Assembly (NCBI GenBank): GCA_018433885.1
Contig: JAHDQK010000042.1
Span: 31-64,030 of the forward strand
Reading direction: 5' to 3'
DNA: 64,000 bases
Source: Candidatus Cloacimonadota bacterium
GTDB taxonomy: Bacteria > Cloacimonadota > Cloacimonadia > Cloacimonadales > Cloacimonadaceae
This document shows, piece after piece, positions 9,242-18,360 of this stretch. Position numbers and translations under genes: made by a program. The notes under the pieces are model-generated. The model made no database searches. It saw nothing but the letters and a program-made list of their open reading frames with translations, and had not been told where the DNA came from. Numbering within the stretch: position 1 is the stretch's first letter; every line of letters starts with the position of its first letter.

Positions 9242-11653
9242 TTAGAACCTTTGGGTAAGGCTCAGTCTGAAGGTCGTGGCATCATAATCTAGGGCACTGT
9301 TAAGATCATTACTGTAGCTCTTGATCCCCATATCCGCGGCGACGGTCATATTGCGGATCGGGTAGCTTTCTAAACCTAGATTGAAGTAGTTGTATTTCTG
9401 AGGATCATTATCCCCAGACAGTTTGGTATTTCGATAGGAGATATAGGGTTTTATGCGATCCTGCCACAGCGAGTAATCAGCCTTCAAGAAAATGCTGCTG
9501 TTTTTGTACTCTTTGGTAGCCATTTCGTCCTTGTTTGTGCCGGTTGTATATGATATCTGGGTGCGGAGTGGTAGCATGGAATAGCGGTTGCTCATGGTAA
9601 AAGCTATCCCGTTATTTGTGTTATCCGAGAGTTTGCTATAGCTTGTTTCACCTGCGGGAAGGTGCTCACTTTCGCTTAAGCCCATCCGGTAACTGATATC
9701 CAATTGAGTGGGCACATAGGGGATCTGCACGATGTTGTAACCTATGCCGAAGCTCATATTTTGCGCATTACGTTGGTAAGGCGCAAAGCTGTCGTCGGCG
9801 ATCTCTTCGTTTGCCTTGTTTTCTCCGCTGTTGTCGTTGAACGATGCCTTCAGATATGGCATATTCGGAACACGAAGGATCATCTGGGCGAAGATAGTCT
9901 GGTAAGTATTAGTTTCGCTTTTATGCCCCATCAGGTTGTCTTCGGTAAAGTTCACCCCTCCGCTCAGGAAGAGTAATCTGCCGAAGTTGAACTGATCTGT
10001 GATCGATATCACTCTGGTATCATTCAACTGACCATTGATCCCCAGAGCATTAAAGGCACTGCCGGTTTCGTAGTACTGAGCACTAAGGAAGTTCTTCATG
10101 ATCAACATTCTTACGTAGGCAGTCCAAGCCAGATTTGCCCTGCCGGGCATAAAGGGCTCCATATTGCGATTGATCACGAAGAGATCAGCATGATCCGAGG
10201 GATCTATCGGCGAACCTCCGAGTTCCACATCGAGACCATATTCTTCAAGATCTTCGGCGGTCAGAGCACCGGGAATCGTATTGTTGTTCAGCATGCTGCC
10301 TGCGATCTCCGCACCCATTACAAAGTTCTGGCTGGGGATGTTGATCTGAGTATCAAAACTCAGCACTGCGTTATCCCGCGCCATCGAAGTATACACGTAA
10401 TCCAATGAATCGGCTTTGCTGCTTTCTCTTTCGTAGCGGTAATACTCTTCATCCAAAGAACTGATGATGTCACGATGACGAGAGCCGGTGATTCCGAAAC
10501 TGAAGCCGTCTTCCCTGCCAAACTGCACTCTTGCGCCAATGGCTTCCTGTTTGAAGGTTCCGCTGGCACGAGTTCCCAGAGTTGTATCTGCCTCGATCTG
10601 CGTCTTACGCATGGATTCCCCGTGCGCCCAAGTGAGAGAAAGGAATCTGGTATGGAACTTCCCGTAGAGTCCGCGAATGTTCTTTCCAGATAGAGTATAG
10701 GAGGAAAGATGGGGGGAGTAATCTCCCAGAAACAGGTCTAAAACAGGGACTTGCAAGCCGAAGGTAAAGCGGTTCACGGGCTGTTTGTTGCTATCTTCCA
10801 AGCTGGATACCAGAAGGTTGGTCTGCATATCCAGGATGCCGTAATTGGCATAAAGATCAGCCCAGGCGCTATAATCGTTTTCTGTATTGCCAAACGCTAA
10901 TTCTTCATCGGAAACACTGTAGATATTGCTGGCGAAGTTCACCGATCCGCGATATGTGAAGGGTAGTGCCGGTCCGCGGGTTCCGGGAGTGATTTGGGTG
11001 CTCCAGGTATCCGAATACACATCCGCACCCTTCACTTTTGCCGTTACCATTGCCTTGCGATCGCCTTCTTGGGGACGGTCTTCGCGATACATCAACACAG
11101 AGCCGCTGAACTCCGTACGCTTGGTTACATCTTTATCTCCCACCCAGACGCGAATGCTTTGGGGATCGATATCTTCTGCTAAAGCCAGGTAGCTGACCGC
11201 CAACACATATCCATCATCGGCGGAGATAGTTTCTTCATCGCTGAGAAGTACAAATCCTTGGTTCAGAGTACCCAAGGGAGCATTTAAACGTAATTTATAT
11301 AAGGGACTGAGTCCATCTTCTGCCGGCATATACTCGGAGCCGCCGGTACTTAGTACAAACTCGAAGCGATATTCCACATCGTTGGTGCTAACCGCCACTC
11401 GGGGGATGAATCCTTTCCAGTACAAAGAATTAGGATCATCCTGCCGCATTGCCTCGCTTTGCCAGACGCTCACGCCTGCCAGACGATATTGCAGGTTAAC
11501 CGAGGAGACAAGCTCCTGCCCCTGAACCATTTCCAGGAGCAATTCCACGTCTTTGCCAGGCACGAAGGTTTCGGGACTCACATGAATCGCACTTACGGCG
11601 AAGAGAGTGAACAGGGCGCAGGAAAAGATCAGGCTGAGGATCAAGCGTTTCAT
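9242..11653 (-). CDS. Large outer-membrane beta-barrel protein of unknown family with an N-terminal soluble (Ig-like?) region
   Basis: The ORF is taken from the internal ATG (MKRLILSLIFSCALFTLFAVSA signal peptide), which is preceded by AAGGAG. The C-terminal 550 aa or so show alternating amphipathic strands rich in Y/G/S/N. The terminal residues are ...LSLTQRF (aromatic C-terminus typical of OMPs). No family could be recognised by eye. Confidence 0.55.
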   Translation of the reverse strand: MKRLILSLIFSCALFTLFAVSAIHVSPETFVPGKDVELLLEMVQGQELVSSVNLQYRLAGVSVWQSEAMRQDDPNSLYWKGFIPRVAVSTNDVEYRFEFVLSTGGSEYMPAEDGLSPLYKLRLNAPLGTLNQGFVLLSDEETISADDGYVLAVSYLALAEDIDPQSIRVWVGDKDVTKRTEFSGSVLMYREDRPQEGDRKAMVTAKVKGADVYSDTWSTQITPGTRGPALPFTYRGSVNFASNIYSVSDEELAFGNTENDYSAWADLYANYGILDMQTNLLVSSLEDSNKQPVNRFTFGLQVPVLDLFLGDYSPHLSSYTLSGKNIRGLYGKFHTRFLSLTWAHGESMRKTQIEADTTLGTRASGTFKQEAIGARVQFGREDGFSFGITGSRHRDIISSLDEEYYRYERESSKADSLDYVYTSMARDNAVLSFDTQINIPSQNFVMGAEIAGSMLNNNTIPGALTAEDLEEYGLDVELGGSPIDPSDHADLFVINRNMEPFMPGRANLAWTAYVRMLIMKNFLSAQYYETGSAFNALGINGQLNDTRVISITDQFNFGRLLFLSGGVNFTEDNLMGHKSETNTYQTIFAQMILRVPNMPYLKASFNDNSGENKANEEIADDSFAPYQRNAQNMSFGIGYNIVQIPYVPTQLDISYRMGLSESEHLPAGETSYSKLSDNTNNGIAFTMSNRYSMLPLRTQISYTTGTNKDEMATKEYKNSSIFLKADYSLWQDRIKPYISYRNTKLSGDNDPQKYNYFNLGLESYPIRNMTVAADMGIKSYSNDLNSALDYDATTFRLSLTQRF

Positions 11654-11669
11654 ATCTGTTCTCCTTCTC

Positions 11670-12344
11670 TTAATAGGTAATATCAATGTATTTGAGTTTG
11701 CCATTGCTATCCAACATCGGGATGCGAATGTTATTGATCTCCTTCACGCGGGAGGATTCCAATTCTGCTTTTTCGATCTCACTGGTATCTTCGTAAGTAC
11801 TTTCACGAACTTCCACGACTCCATCCTGATTTACCGTGGCAGTACTGCCTTTGGGTACGCTTTTTACCTCGTCGGTTGCCAGCACCCGCACTTCCACTTC
11901 ACCATCTGTAACGATAAAGGTACTTAGCCCTTCATCACTTACTTTCGTGAGGAACTCGGTGCCTTTCACGGAAGCCACCGTGGTAGGGGTTTGCACCGTG
12001 AATGCTCCGGTTCCCTTCTTCACCTGAGTCAGGACACTGCCTTTGTTCACATTTACTCTTTTACTTAGGGAAGTACCTTCCTGGCTGGCATTGATCGTCA
12101 CCACGGAATTTGAGAACATCTTGATCATCGATGAAGCGTCCACATATTTATAAGCGGCGAAACTTTCGGGACCGGTACGCAATACGTCGCGGTTCATCAA
12201 GAGTTCGCCATTTTTGAATTTTACGGACTTTCGGGCGCGTTCCAGCTCCACCTTGCCTTTACTGGCGGAAAGCATCGCCACGCTATCTGCCAGAAGCAGG
12301 GTGCTTAGCACAAGGATCAGAGTTAATAGCATTATCTTTTTCAT
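11670..12344 (-). CDS. FecR-domain periplasmic protein
   Basis: The start is taken at MKKIMLLTLILVLSTLLLA (signal peptide, AAGGAG RBS). The FecR-like core is SASKGKVELERARKSVKFKNGELLMNRDVLRTGPESFAAYKYVDASSMIKMFSNSVVTI. Its stop lies 16 nt before the OMP start. Confidence 0.7.
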   Translation of the reverse strand: MKKIMLLTLILVLSTLLLADSVAMLSASKGKVELERARKSVKFKNGELLMNRDVLRTGPESFAAYKYVDASSMIKMFSNSVVTINASQEGTSLSKRVNVNKGSVLTQVKKGTGAFTVQTPTTVASVKGTEFLTKVSDEGLSTFIVTDGEVEVRVLATDEVKSVPKGSTATVNQDGVVEVRESTYEDTSEIEKAELESSRVKEINNIRIPMLDSNGKLKYIDITY

Positions 12345-12354
12345 TTCTGTCTCC

Positions 12355-13446
12355 TTATTCCATGATATCCACATGCAGTTCTTTACCTACCAAGTTTCCC
12401 AAGATGTTTACCGCATCCTGTCCCCAGTAGCTTTTGCCATTGAATATTACTTCGCCGGTGGGAGTATAACCTTGGCTGAAGATATTGGTAAGCATGCTGT
12501 TGCCCAGCATTTTGAGCAGGATCTGCACATCCTCCGGACTAGTTTCGCCTCCCTCATCCATCATATAGCGGAATACGAACCAATTGCTTTCCAGCTTGGG
12601 AGAATTTCCGGTGTTTCGACCTAAGTGGATGTTATCCTGATTATAGAGGTCGGAATAGACCATCCACGCATAATAGTAACCGTTGTTAAGTGGCAGATAC
12701 TGCGAGAATCCGCTCTCTTCGGGGCCGGAACTGTGATAGACTTCCACTCCGGTGCTCTTGACCGTGGAAAGCCGGGGAGGATTATTGGGAGGAAACTCCC
12801 GGATCACCAGCCGTTGATCGTTGAACCCGGTGTTTACTGCGTTCCAGAAGAAGCTTACCGGCAGATGCCCGATCACGGGAACCTGACGTCCGATCAAAGC
12901 TCCGGGTCCTGTGAGATATATCCCGCCGGCATTACGGATGCGAATGGTGAAGATACTTGGCTCCTGCCACGTGGTGGAACCATCCGGTCTCAGAGACACC
13001 TTCAATTGCAGGATGCCATCGGGAAAATAGCCGGATAGCACTGCATCCTTCAGAGTGGGGTATTTATCCACCATATCCGAGATATTGAAGTCAAGCTCTT
13101 CTTCCACGAAATAGTTGCTGGCATCGCTGGAAATTAAATCCCGATTAGTGAGGTTCAGAACCTGGTTGGGCGCCAGTGCCTGGGCTGTTCTAAACCGGGC
13201 TTTTCCTTCTTCTAGGATCTGGATGCCGTTCCAAGTAATCACCACCTGCATCTGTACAAATTGTTCCACATTGTCGTTTGTGAGGATCGCATTGGTTAAG
13301 ATGGGTTGGGTGGCGGAATTATAGGGGTCGAAGCTGAATGTGCTGATCTGGTTCACATCAATCCCCGAGGGGGTAAAAACCAAGGACAGTGCATTCAAGC
13401 TAAAACACATCAGTAGCAAAGAAATGAATAGAATTGTCGTTTTCAT
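12355..13446 (-). CDS. Secreted hypothetical protein (no recognisable domain)
   Basis: The 363-aa ORF has a signal peptide (MKTTILFISLLLMCFSLNA) and a GGAGG RBS. Its stop overlaps the RBS of the FecR-like gene. It starts 10 nt after the ddl stop. Confidence 0.6.
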   Translation of the reverse strand: MKTTILFISLLLMCFSLNALSLVFTPSGIDVNQISTFSFDPYNSATQPILTNAILTNDNVEQFVQMQVVITWNGIQILEEGKARFRTAQALAPNQVLNLTNRDLISSDASNYFVEEELDFNISDMVDKYPTLKDAVLSGYFPDGILQLKVSLRPDGSTTWQEPSIFTIRIRNAGGIYLTGPGALIGRQVPVIGHLPVSFFWNAVNTGFNDQRLVIREFPPNNPPRLSTVKSTGVEVYHSSGPEESGFSQYLPLNNGYYYAWMVYSDLYNQDNIHLGRNTGNSPKLESNWFVFRYMMDEGGETSPEDVQILLKMLGNSMLTNIFSQGYTPTGEVIFNGKSYWGQDAVNILGNLVGKELHVDIME

Positions 13447-13456
13447 TGTACCTCCA

Positions 13457-14395
13457 TTAGTTTGGCACAGAACTTCTTATTATGTTTTGCAGCAGGTCGC
13501 AAAAGCTGAGTCCCGCTGCCTTGGCTGCCATGGGAGTAAGGCTTAATGGCGTCATTCCCGGCAGGGTATTTACTTCCAAAAAGTATAGTCTATCTTCATT
13601 CAATCTAAAATCCACTCTGCCATACACAGTACATCCCAATGCCCAAAATGAACGTTCTGCGTAGAGTTGTACAAGTTGCGCGATGGATTCGTGAATCGGA
13701 GCCGGAGCCAGATACTCCGTCTTCCCTTTAGTGTATTTATTCTGATAATCATACCAACCGGCTTTGGGGCGAATCTCCACCACCGGCAAGGCTTTTCCAT
13801 CCAGAATGCTTACCGTAAGCTCCCTTCCGGGGATGTATTCTTCCAAGAGAACCGTATTGCAATAGCGGAAAGCATCGGCAACGGCGGGCTTAAGTTCTTC
13901 TAAAGTATGCACCAGATGTATGCCCACGGAGCTACCGGCATCGTTTGGCTTTACGATGAGAGGCAAGCCCAAGCTTTCTGTGAAAGCTGCGTAATCCCTG
14001 CTATCGCGATAATCTTCCAGAAGGTTTGCTCGCAGCAGGATGTGTTTTGCCACAGGCACTCCTTCTTGTTCAACGATTAACTTGCTGATATATTTATCCA
14101 TCGCCAGCGCGGAAGCTTTGGCATTGCTGCCGGTAAAGGGCACGCCAGCAAGTTGCAGAGCCGCTTGAAGTTCACCGTTTTCTCCGCTACCCCCATGCAG
14201 CCCATTGAAGACAAGGGCGGGATCTTCTGCCCGGATGGCTTCCAGCAAATCGGCTAATTGAGGGTAATCCTGAGGATCCAGTTCCCGCACGATAAAACCA
14301 AGCGTATTTAGAGCTCCGGCGATCTCGGTGCCGCTCACCAAAGATATCTCCCGCTCGGGAGAATTCCCCCCTTTTAGGACAACGATCGTTTTCAT
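13457..14395 (-). CDS. ddl: D-alanine--D-alanine ligase
   Basis: The 312-aa ORF has ATP-grasp Ddl signatures (GGNSPEREISLVSG, FNGLHGGSGENGELQA, LPLIVKPNDAGSSVG, GRVDFRL, LEVNTLPGMT). Confidence 0.9.
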   Translation of the reverse strand: MKTIVVLKGGNSPEREISLVSGTEIAGALNTLGFIVRELDPQDYPQLADLLEAIRAEDPALVFNGLHGGSGENGELQAALQLAGVPFTGSNAKASALAMDKYISKLIVEQEGVPVAKHILLRANLLEDYRDSRDYAAFTESLGLPLIVKPNDAGSSVGIHLVHTLEELKPAVADAFRYCNTVLLEEYIPGRELTVSILDGKALPVVEIRPKAGWYDYQNKYTKGKTEYLAPAPIHESIAQLVQLYAERSFWALGCTVYGRVDFRLNEDRLYFLEVNTLPGMTPLSLTPMAAKAAGLSFCDLLQNIIRSSVPN

Positions 14396-14404
14396 TTACC
14401 TCTC

Positions 14405-15319
14405 TTAAAGTCTAATCTGATAAAAATGCTTGAGTTCCAAGCCCAGTGCCGCTTTGAAGCGGGCTACTTCCTGGACGTTTGCACCACAATAATCAAATAT
14501 CTCGCTTCCTGCGGGCAGACATTTCAGCAGACTCAGGCTATGAAACGTAGCCGCGCCTTTCTTCAATGCGTCTTCCGCGGTCGCCTGAAACAAAGTATAA
14601 GCTACCCTTCCACCGTCGTGAAGTAGAATATTGGAGCTCACTCGCCGGTCTTCCCATACAACGTTGAATTGTTTCAACAATCCGACTGAGAAAAGTTTTT
14701 CCAGAAAACTTTGCAAGGCAGAATAGCTGACTCCCAATTTGTGGTTTTTACGCTGATCAAGGTCGCTCTGAAGCCGGATGAAGACTTCGGAATCGAAGCG
14801 CTCTTCCAAGACCATCCCCAGTTTTTGGGCTGTGCGAAGTTTCTTGCGTTCATCTGCCAAGGGTTGAATCTCGTCCACCACACGCATCCGGAAGGTATAG
14901 AGCGGCGCGGTTTTAAAACCGTTCCAGGTAAAGCTCCGAACATCCTCGTTATCCGGGTTCAAGCGCAGATGCAGCCTGCGATAGCGTCCTGCCAGAAAGC
15001 GGGCAGTCTCTGCGCAAACTGCGCAGGTATCCAGCAACTTGCGGGCTGGATGCACATTATCTTCGTAAGCGAAAGAGAAGCCCTGATAATATGCCCCCAC
15101 AGGCGCAACAATGCCCTTGATCCCCATTTTACTTCGCTCATACAGCGGCAGGATGGAAAATAGCTCTTCGCCCTTAAATACTTGCAATTGCAAGGGGTTT
15201 ACGTTGTGTAGGGTAGCGATCGCTTCCATGAACGCAGGGTTGTGCCAAAATCCATATTGCGCACCTATCCTGTGCGCCTGCCCCTCCCGCACGTCAATAA
15301 GTTTCAGTGAATAAGTCAT
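14405..15319 (-). CDS. FemAB-like / GNAT (BioF2-like) acyltransferase family protein (tentative)
   Basis: The 304-aa ORF has overall architecture and motifs that resemble Acetyltransf_6/FemAB-like proteins. It sits between a receiver gene (4-nt overlap) and ddl (9-nt gap). The assignment is by recollection of the family only. Confidence 0.4.
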   Translation of the reverse strand: MTYSLKLIDVREGQAHRIGAQYGFWHNPAFMEAIATLHNVNPLQLQVFKGEELFSILPLYERSKMGIKGIVAPVGAYYQGFSFAYEDNVHPARKLLDTCAVCAETARFLAGRYRRLHLRLNPDNEDVRSFTWNGFKTAPLYTFRMRVVDEIQPLADERKKLRTAQKLGMVLEERFDSEVFIRLQSDLDQRKNHKLGVSYSALQSFLEKLFSVGLLKQFNVVWEDRRVSSNILLHDGGRVAYTLFQATAEDALKKGAATFHSLSLLKCLPAGSEIFDYCGANVQEVARFKAALGLELKHFYQIRL

Positions 15320-15678
15320 GGTGCTAATTTTTGCTTTATCGCAGCAGTTAACTCGCTTAATTGAAATGGTTTGATGATGTAGTCCGAGGCTCCTTCCACC
15401 ATGGCTTTATAGGCGCTGTCGATGGTGGGATAGCCTGTCATGATCAAACAAAAGATCTCGGAATCCTGCTCCATTATTTTCTGCATAAGTTCCAAGCCGT
15501 TCATTCCCGGCATTACCAGATCTATCAAAGCGAGGCTATAGATTCCCGGCCGAAATAGCTTCAACGCGGCATCGGCATCCTCTGCGCTATCAACGGTATA
15601 ACCATTTAGCTGCAGGCTTTCGCCAATAACCTCTCTCAGCAACCGGTCGTCGTCCACAAGAAGAATCCTGGCTTGCAT
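15316..15678 (-). CDS. Stand-alone response-regulator receiver (CheY-like)
   Basis: The 120-aa ORF has ILLVDDDRLL, the phosphoacceptor context LALIDLVMPGMNG, LIMTGY and IIKPF. There is no output domain. Confidence 0.9.
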   Translation of the reverse strand: MQARILLVDDDRLLREVIGESLQLNGYTVDSAEDADAALKLFRPGIYSLALIDLVMPGMNGLELMQKIMEQDSEIFCLIMTGYPTIDSAYKAMVEGASDYIIKPFQLSELTAAIKQKLAP

Positions 15679-15815
15679 ATCGGCTTCCTCGCTTTTTTTT
15701 TATTTACCTGTTGAGGCATGATACACAAGTTCGATTAATAGTCAATGAAAAAAAAGCGGCAGAATTACAAAAACCTGTTTTAGTAGCATAAAATATGGAA
15801 AAAGGAATATTTATA

Positions 15816-15844
15816 TTGACGAGAAAAGCAGTGTTGCGATAATT
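15816..15844 (+). promoter_or_regulatory. Sigma70-like promoter candidate for the cold-shock gene
   Basis: TTGACG, a 17-nt spacer, then ATAATT, ending about 27 nt upstream of the ATG at 15872. Confidence 0.45.
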
Positions 15845-15871
15845 GACATACACGATACGAAAGAGGTTCTT

Positions 15872-16084
15872 ATGAAAGGAAAAGTGAAGTGGTTTAACAA
15901 AAATAAAGGATACGGCTTTATTCTTACAGACGACAATAAAGAGTACTTTGTACACTGGAAATCCATTGTAACCAATTCCCCCAGGGAATTAAAAGTACTG
16001 GAACAAGATGAAGATGTTACCTTTGACCTGATGGAAACCGAAAAAGGCATCCAGGCGATTAATATCATCAGGACTAACATTTAG
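15872..16084 (+). CDS. csp: Cold-shock protein (CspA family)
   Basis: The 70-aa ORF has MKGKVKWFNKNKGYGFI (RNP1) and FVHWKSI (RNP2-like). Confidence 0.95.
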   Translation: MKGKVKWFNKNKGYGFILTDDNKEYFVHWKSIVTNSPRELKVLEQDEDVTFDLMETEKGIQAINIIRTNI

Positions 16085-16252
16085 TTGCCAAACCTTGCAC
16101 CCTGAAAATTTGGGGAGATACGCAATAGAATCATTGGCTCATGATCGGCAGGCAAGCTTGATGTTTCCTGTTACCCAAAAGCTATAGTTGCAAACCGATC
16201 TGTGTGAAACTAGCCGGATTCTAAATGCATATCTCCCCATTAATCTTCTCTA

Positions 16253-17920
16253 ATGCATTTCCTGCCGATTAACAAACAAGATCTCAACGCTCGAAACTGG
16301 AGCGAACTGGACATCATCCTCATCAATGGCGATGCCTATATCGATCACCCTTCTTTCGGGGCTGCCATAATCGCCAGAAGCCTTGAAGCTGCCGGTTTCC
16401 GGGTTGGCATCATTTCCCAACCGGACTGGAGAAAGGATGAGGACTTCCTCGCCTTGGGCAAGCCGCGTCTCTTCTTCGGCATTACTTCCGGAAACATGGA
16501 TTCCATGGTGAATCACTACACCGCCCAACGCCGCTTGCGTTCAGACGATGCCTATAGCCCCGGCGGACAAAGCGGCAGACGCCCAGACCGCGCCGTAATG
16601 ATCTACGCCAACATCCTGCAAAGATTATTTAAGGGAGTTCCCATCGTAATCGGGGGCATCGAAGCCTCCCTGAGACGCCTCGCTCATTACGACTATTGGC
16701 AGGATAAAATCCGCAACAGCATCCTTTCCGACAGCAAAGCGGAGCTTTTGATCTATGGCATGGCAGAACGGACGATCGTTGACCTGGCGCGCAGATTGGA
16801 TAATGGCGAAAGCATCCTGGAGATCAAAGATCTTCCCTCCAGTGTCTGCTATGTATCCCAGCCCGGAAAACCTCTTCTCCCCAACGCCGAGGATTGCCGG
16901 GATAAAGCTACATTTCACCGGATGAACCGGATGTTTTACGAACTCTTTCCCACCCAAGCCCTTTACCAGATAAACGGTGGCAGATGGCTAAAGCACAATC
17001 CGCCCGCGCCTCCCCTATCTTGCGAGGAACTGGATAACATATTCGCTCTACCGTTTATGAACGCCCCACATCCGGTTTACCAGGGTCAAACCTTTCCCGC
17101 CTGGGAACAAATCAAGAATAGCATCACCTCCCATCGCGGTTGTTATGGCGGTTGTAATTTCTGCGCGATAGCGGTGCATCAAGGACGCAAGATACAATCC
17201 CGCAGTGCATATTCTATCGTGAAGGAAGCACGGCGCATCAAAGGATCCATCAGTGATGTGGGCGGACCCAGCGCAAACATGTATCAAAGCACCTGCAAAC
17301 TGGGATTTCCGGATAGCTGCCCGCGTCGCTCTTGTGCGTTTCCTCAGATTTGCCCCAATCTGCAATTGGATCACGATGCCCAGATCCGCTTGTTGGACGA
17401 GATTTCCCGCCTTCCCAACGTGAAGCACGTATTCGTAGCCAGCGGAATTCGCCACGACTTGGCACTCGGCAATAAACGCTACATCAGCGAAATCGCCAGA
17501 AAGTACACTGGCGGCAGGCTAAAACTGGCTCCGGAACACAGTTCTCCAAAAGTCCTGCGGCTGATGGGCAAGCCTCCCATAGAGCGGTTTGAAGCCTTTT
17601 CCAAAGAGTACTTCGAAGAAGTGCGAAAAGCAGGCATCAAACGCCAGATCATCCCCTACATCATCATCGGCCATCCGGGAACCACCATGGAAGATGCCAT
17701 TGCCCTCAAGCACTGGCTGGATGCCCACAATATCCAGGTGGAGCAAGTTCAGGAATTTACCCCCACTCCCATGACGATAAGTACCTGCATGTATTACACA
17801 GGCTTGGATTTTGAAACCGGTGAACCCATCCACATTCCATCCCCGGGGGAGATTCGTAAACAAAAAGAGCTGATCGTGAAAACCACTGCCGGCAAGCCCA
17901 AGCGTAAGCACCGACAATAG
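16253..17920 (+). CDS. ygiQ: YgiQ-family radical SAM protein (UPF0313)
   Basis: The 555-aa ORF has the characteristic N-terminus (LDIILINGDAYIDHPSFGAAIIARSLEAAGFRVGIISQPDW) and the radical SAM cluster CYGGCNFC. Confidence 0.85.
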   Translation: MHFLPINKQDLNARNWSELDIILINGDAYIDHPSFGAAIIARSLEAAGFRVGIISQPDWRKDEDFLALGKPRLFFGITSGNMDSMVNHYTAQRRLRSDDAYSPGGQSGRRPDRAVMIYANILQRLFKGVPIVIGGIEASLRRLAHYDYWQDKIRNSILSDSKAELLIYGMAERTIVDLARRLDNGESILEIKDLPSSVCYVSQPGKPLLPNAEDCRDKATFHRMNRMFYELFPTQALYQINGGRWLKHNPPAPPLSCEELDNIFALPFMNAPHPVYQGQTFPAWEQIKNSITSHRGCYGGCNFCAIAVHQGRKIQSRSAYSIVKEARRIKGSISDVGGPSANMYQSTCKLGFPDSCPRRSCAFPQICPNLQLDHDAQIRLLDEISRLPNVKHVFVASGIRHDLALGNKRYISEIARKYTGGRLKLAPEHSSPKVLRLMGKPPIERFEAFSKEYFEEVRKAGIKRQIIPYIIIGHPGTTMEDAIALKHWLDAHNIQVEQVQEFTPTPMTISTCMYYTGLDFETGEPIHIPSPGEIRKQKELIVKTTAGKPKRKHRQ

Positions 17921-18105
17921 AAAACTACCCCTTGATGACCAAGCCCATAACCCGGGCAACATAGCACAACCCGGCTGCATATCCGCTACTTACACCCATT
18001 TCTCAAAGGAGTTGCCAAGCCGTCTTGTAGCAGTGGATACTGCACATTCACCCCATGGCGACCTGTTCGGGCAATGGGGATGATGATGGGCTTGTTCCTG
18101 CGATC

Positions 18106-18146
18106 AACGTCAATCTGAAGTTCCATTATTCGGGGATTTTGAATCC
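18106..18146 (+). repeat. Left 41-nt direct repeat bracketing structured element copy 1
   Basis: AACGTCAATCTGAAGTTCCATTATTCGGGGATTTTGAATCC. By hand alignment, about 33 of 41 positions are identical to 18361-18401, which lies 255 nt away. Confidence 0.7.
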
Positions 18147-18205
18147 TCTGACTCAGAACCCGGGATCCATTTTTACAAACAATGTAATAAAAGGCACATT
18201 CACAA

Positions 18206-18353
18206 ATATCGGATGTATTGGTTTTTGCACATGCAATACCATTGCCTTGTGTCGCCCGCGAGGGGCTCTTAACTTTTTATACCGGACTACGAGGGGCTTC
18301 GCTACGCTAAGCACCCTCGCTATGAACGGTGTCGCCCCTGGTGGGGCTTTTTT
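18206..18353 (+). repeat. Structured GC-hairpin repeat element, copy 1 (candidate small RNA or MITE-like element)
   Basis: Modules in order: ATATCGG..TATT; GTGTCGCCC-GCGA-GGGGCT hairpin; ACGAGGGGCT..CGCTACGC..GCACCCTCGCTAT long hairpin; GGTGTCGCCCC-TGGT-GGGGC hairpin plus T6. The same modules occur in the same order on the opposite strand at 40627-40739. Confidence 0.7.
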
Positions 18354-18360
18354 ATATGTT

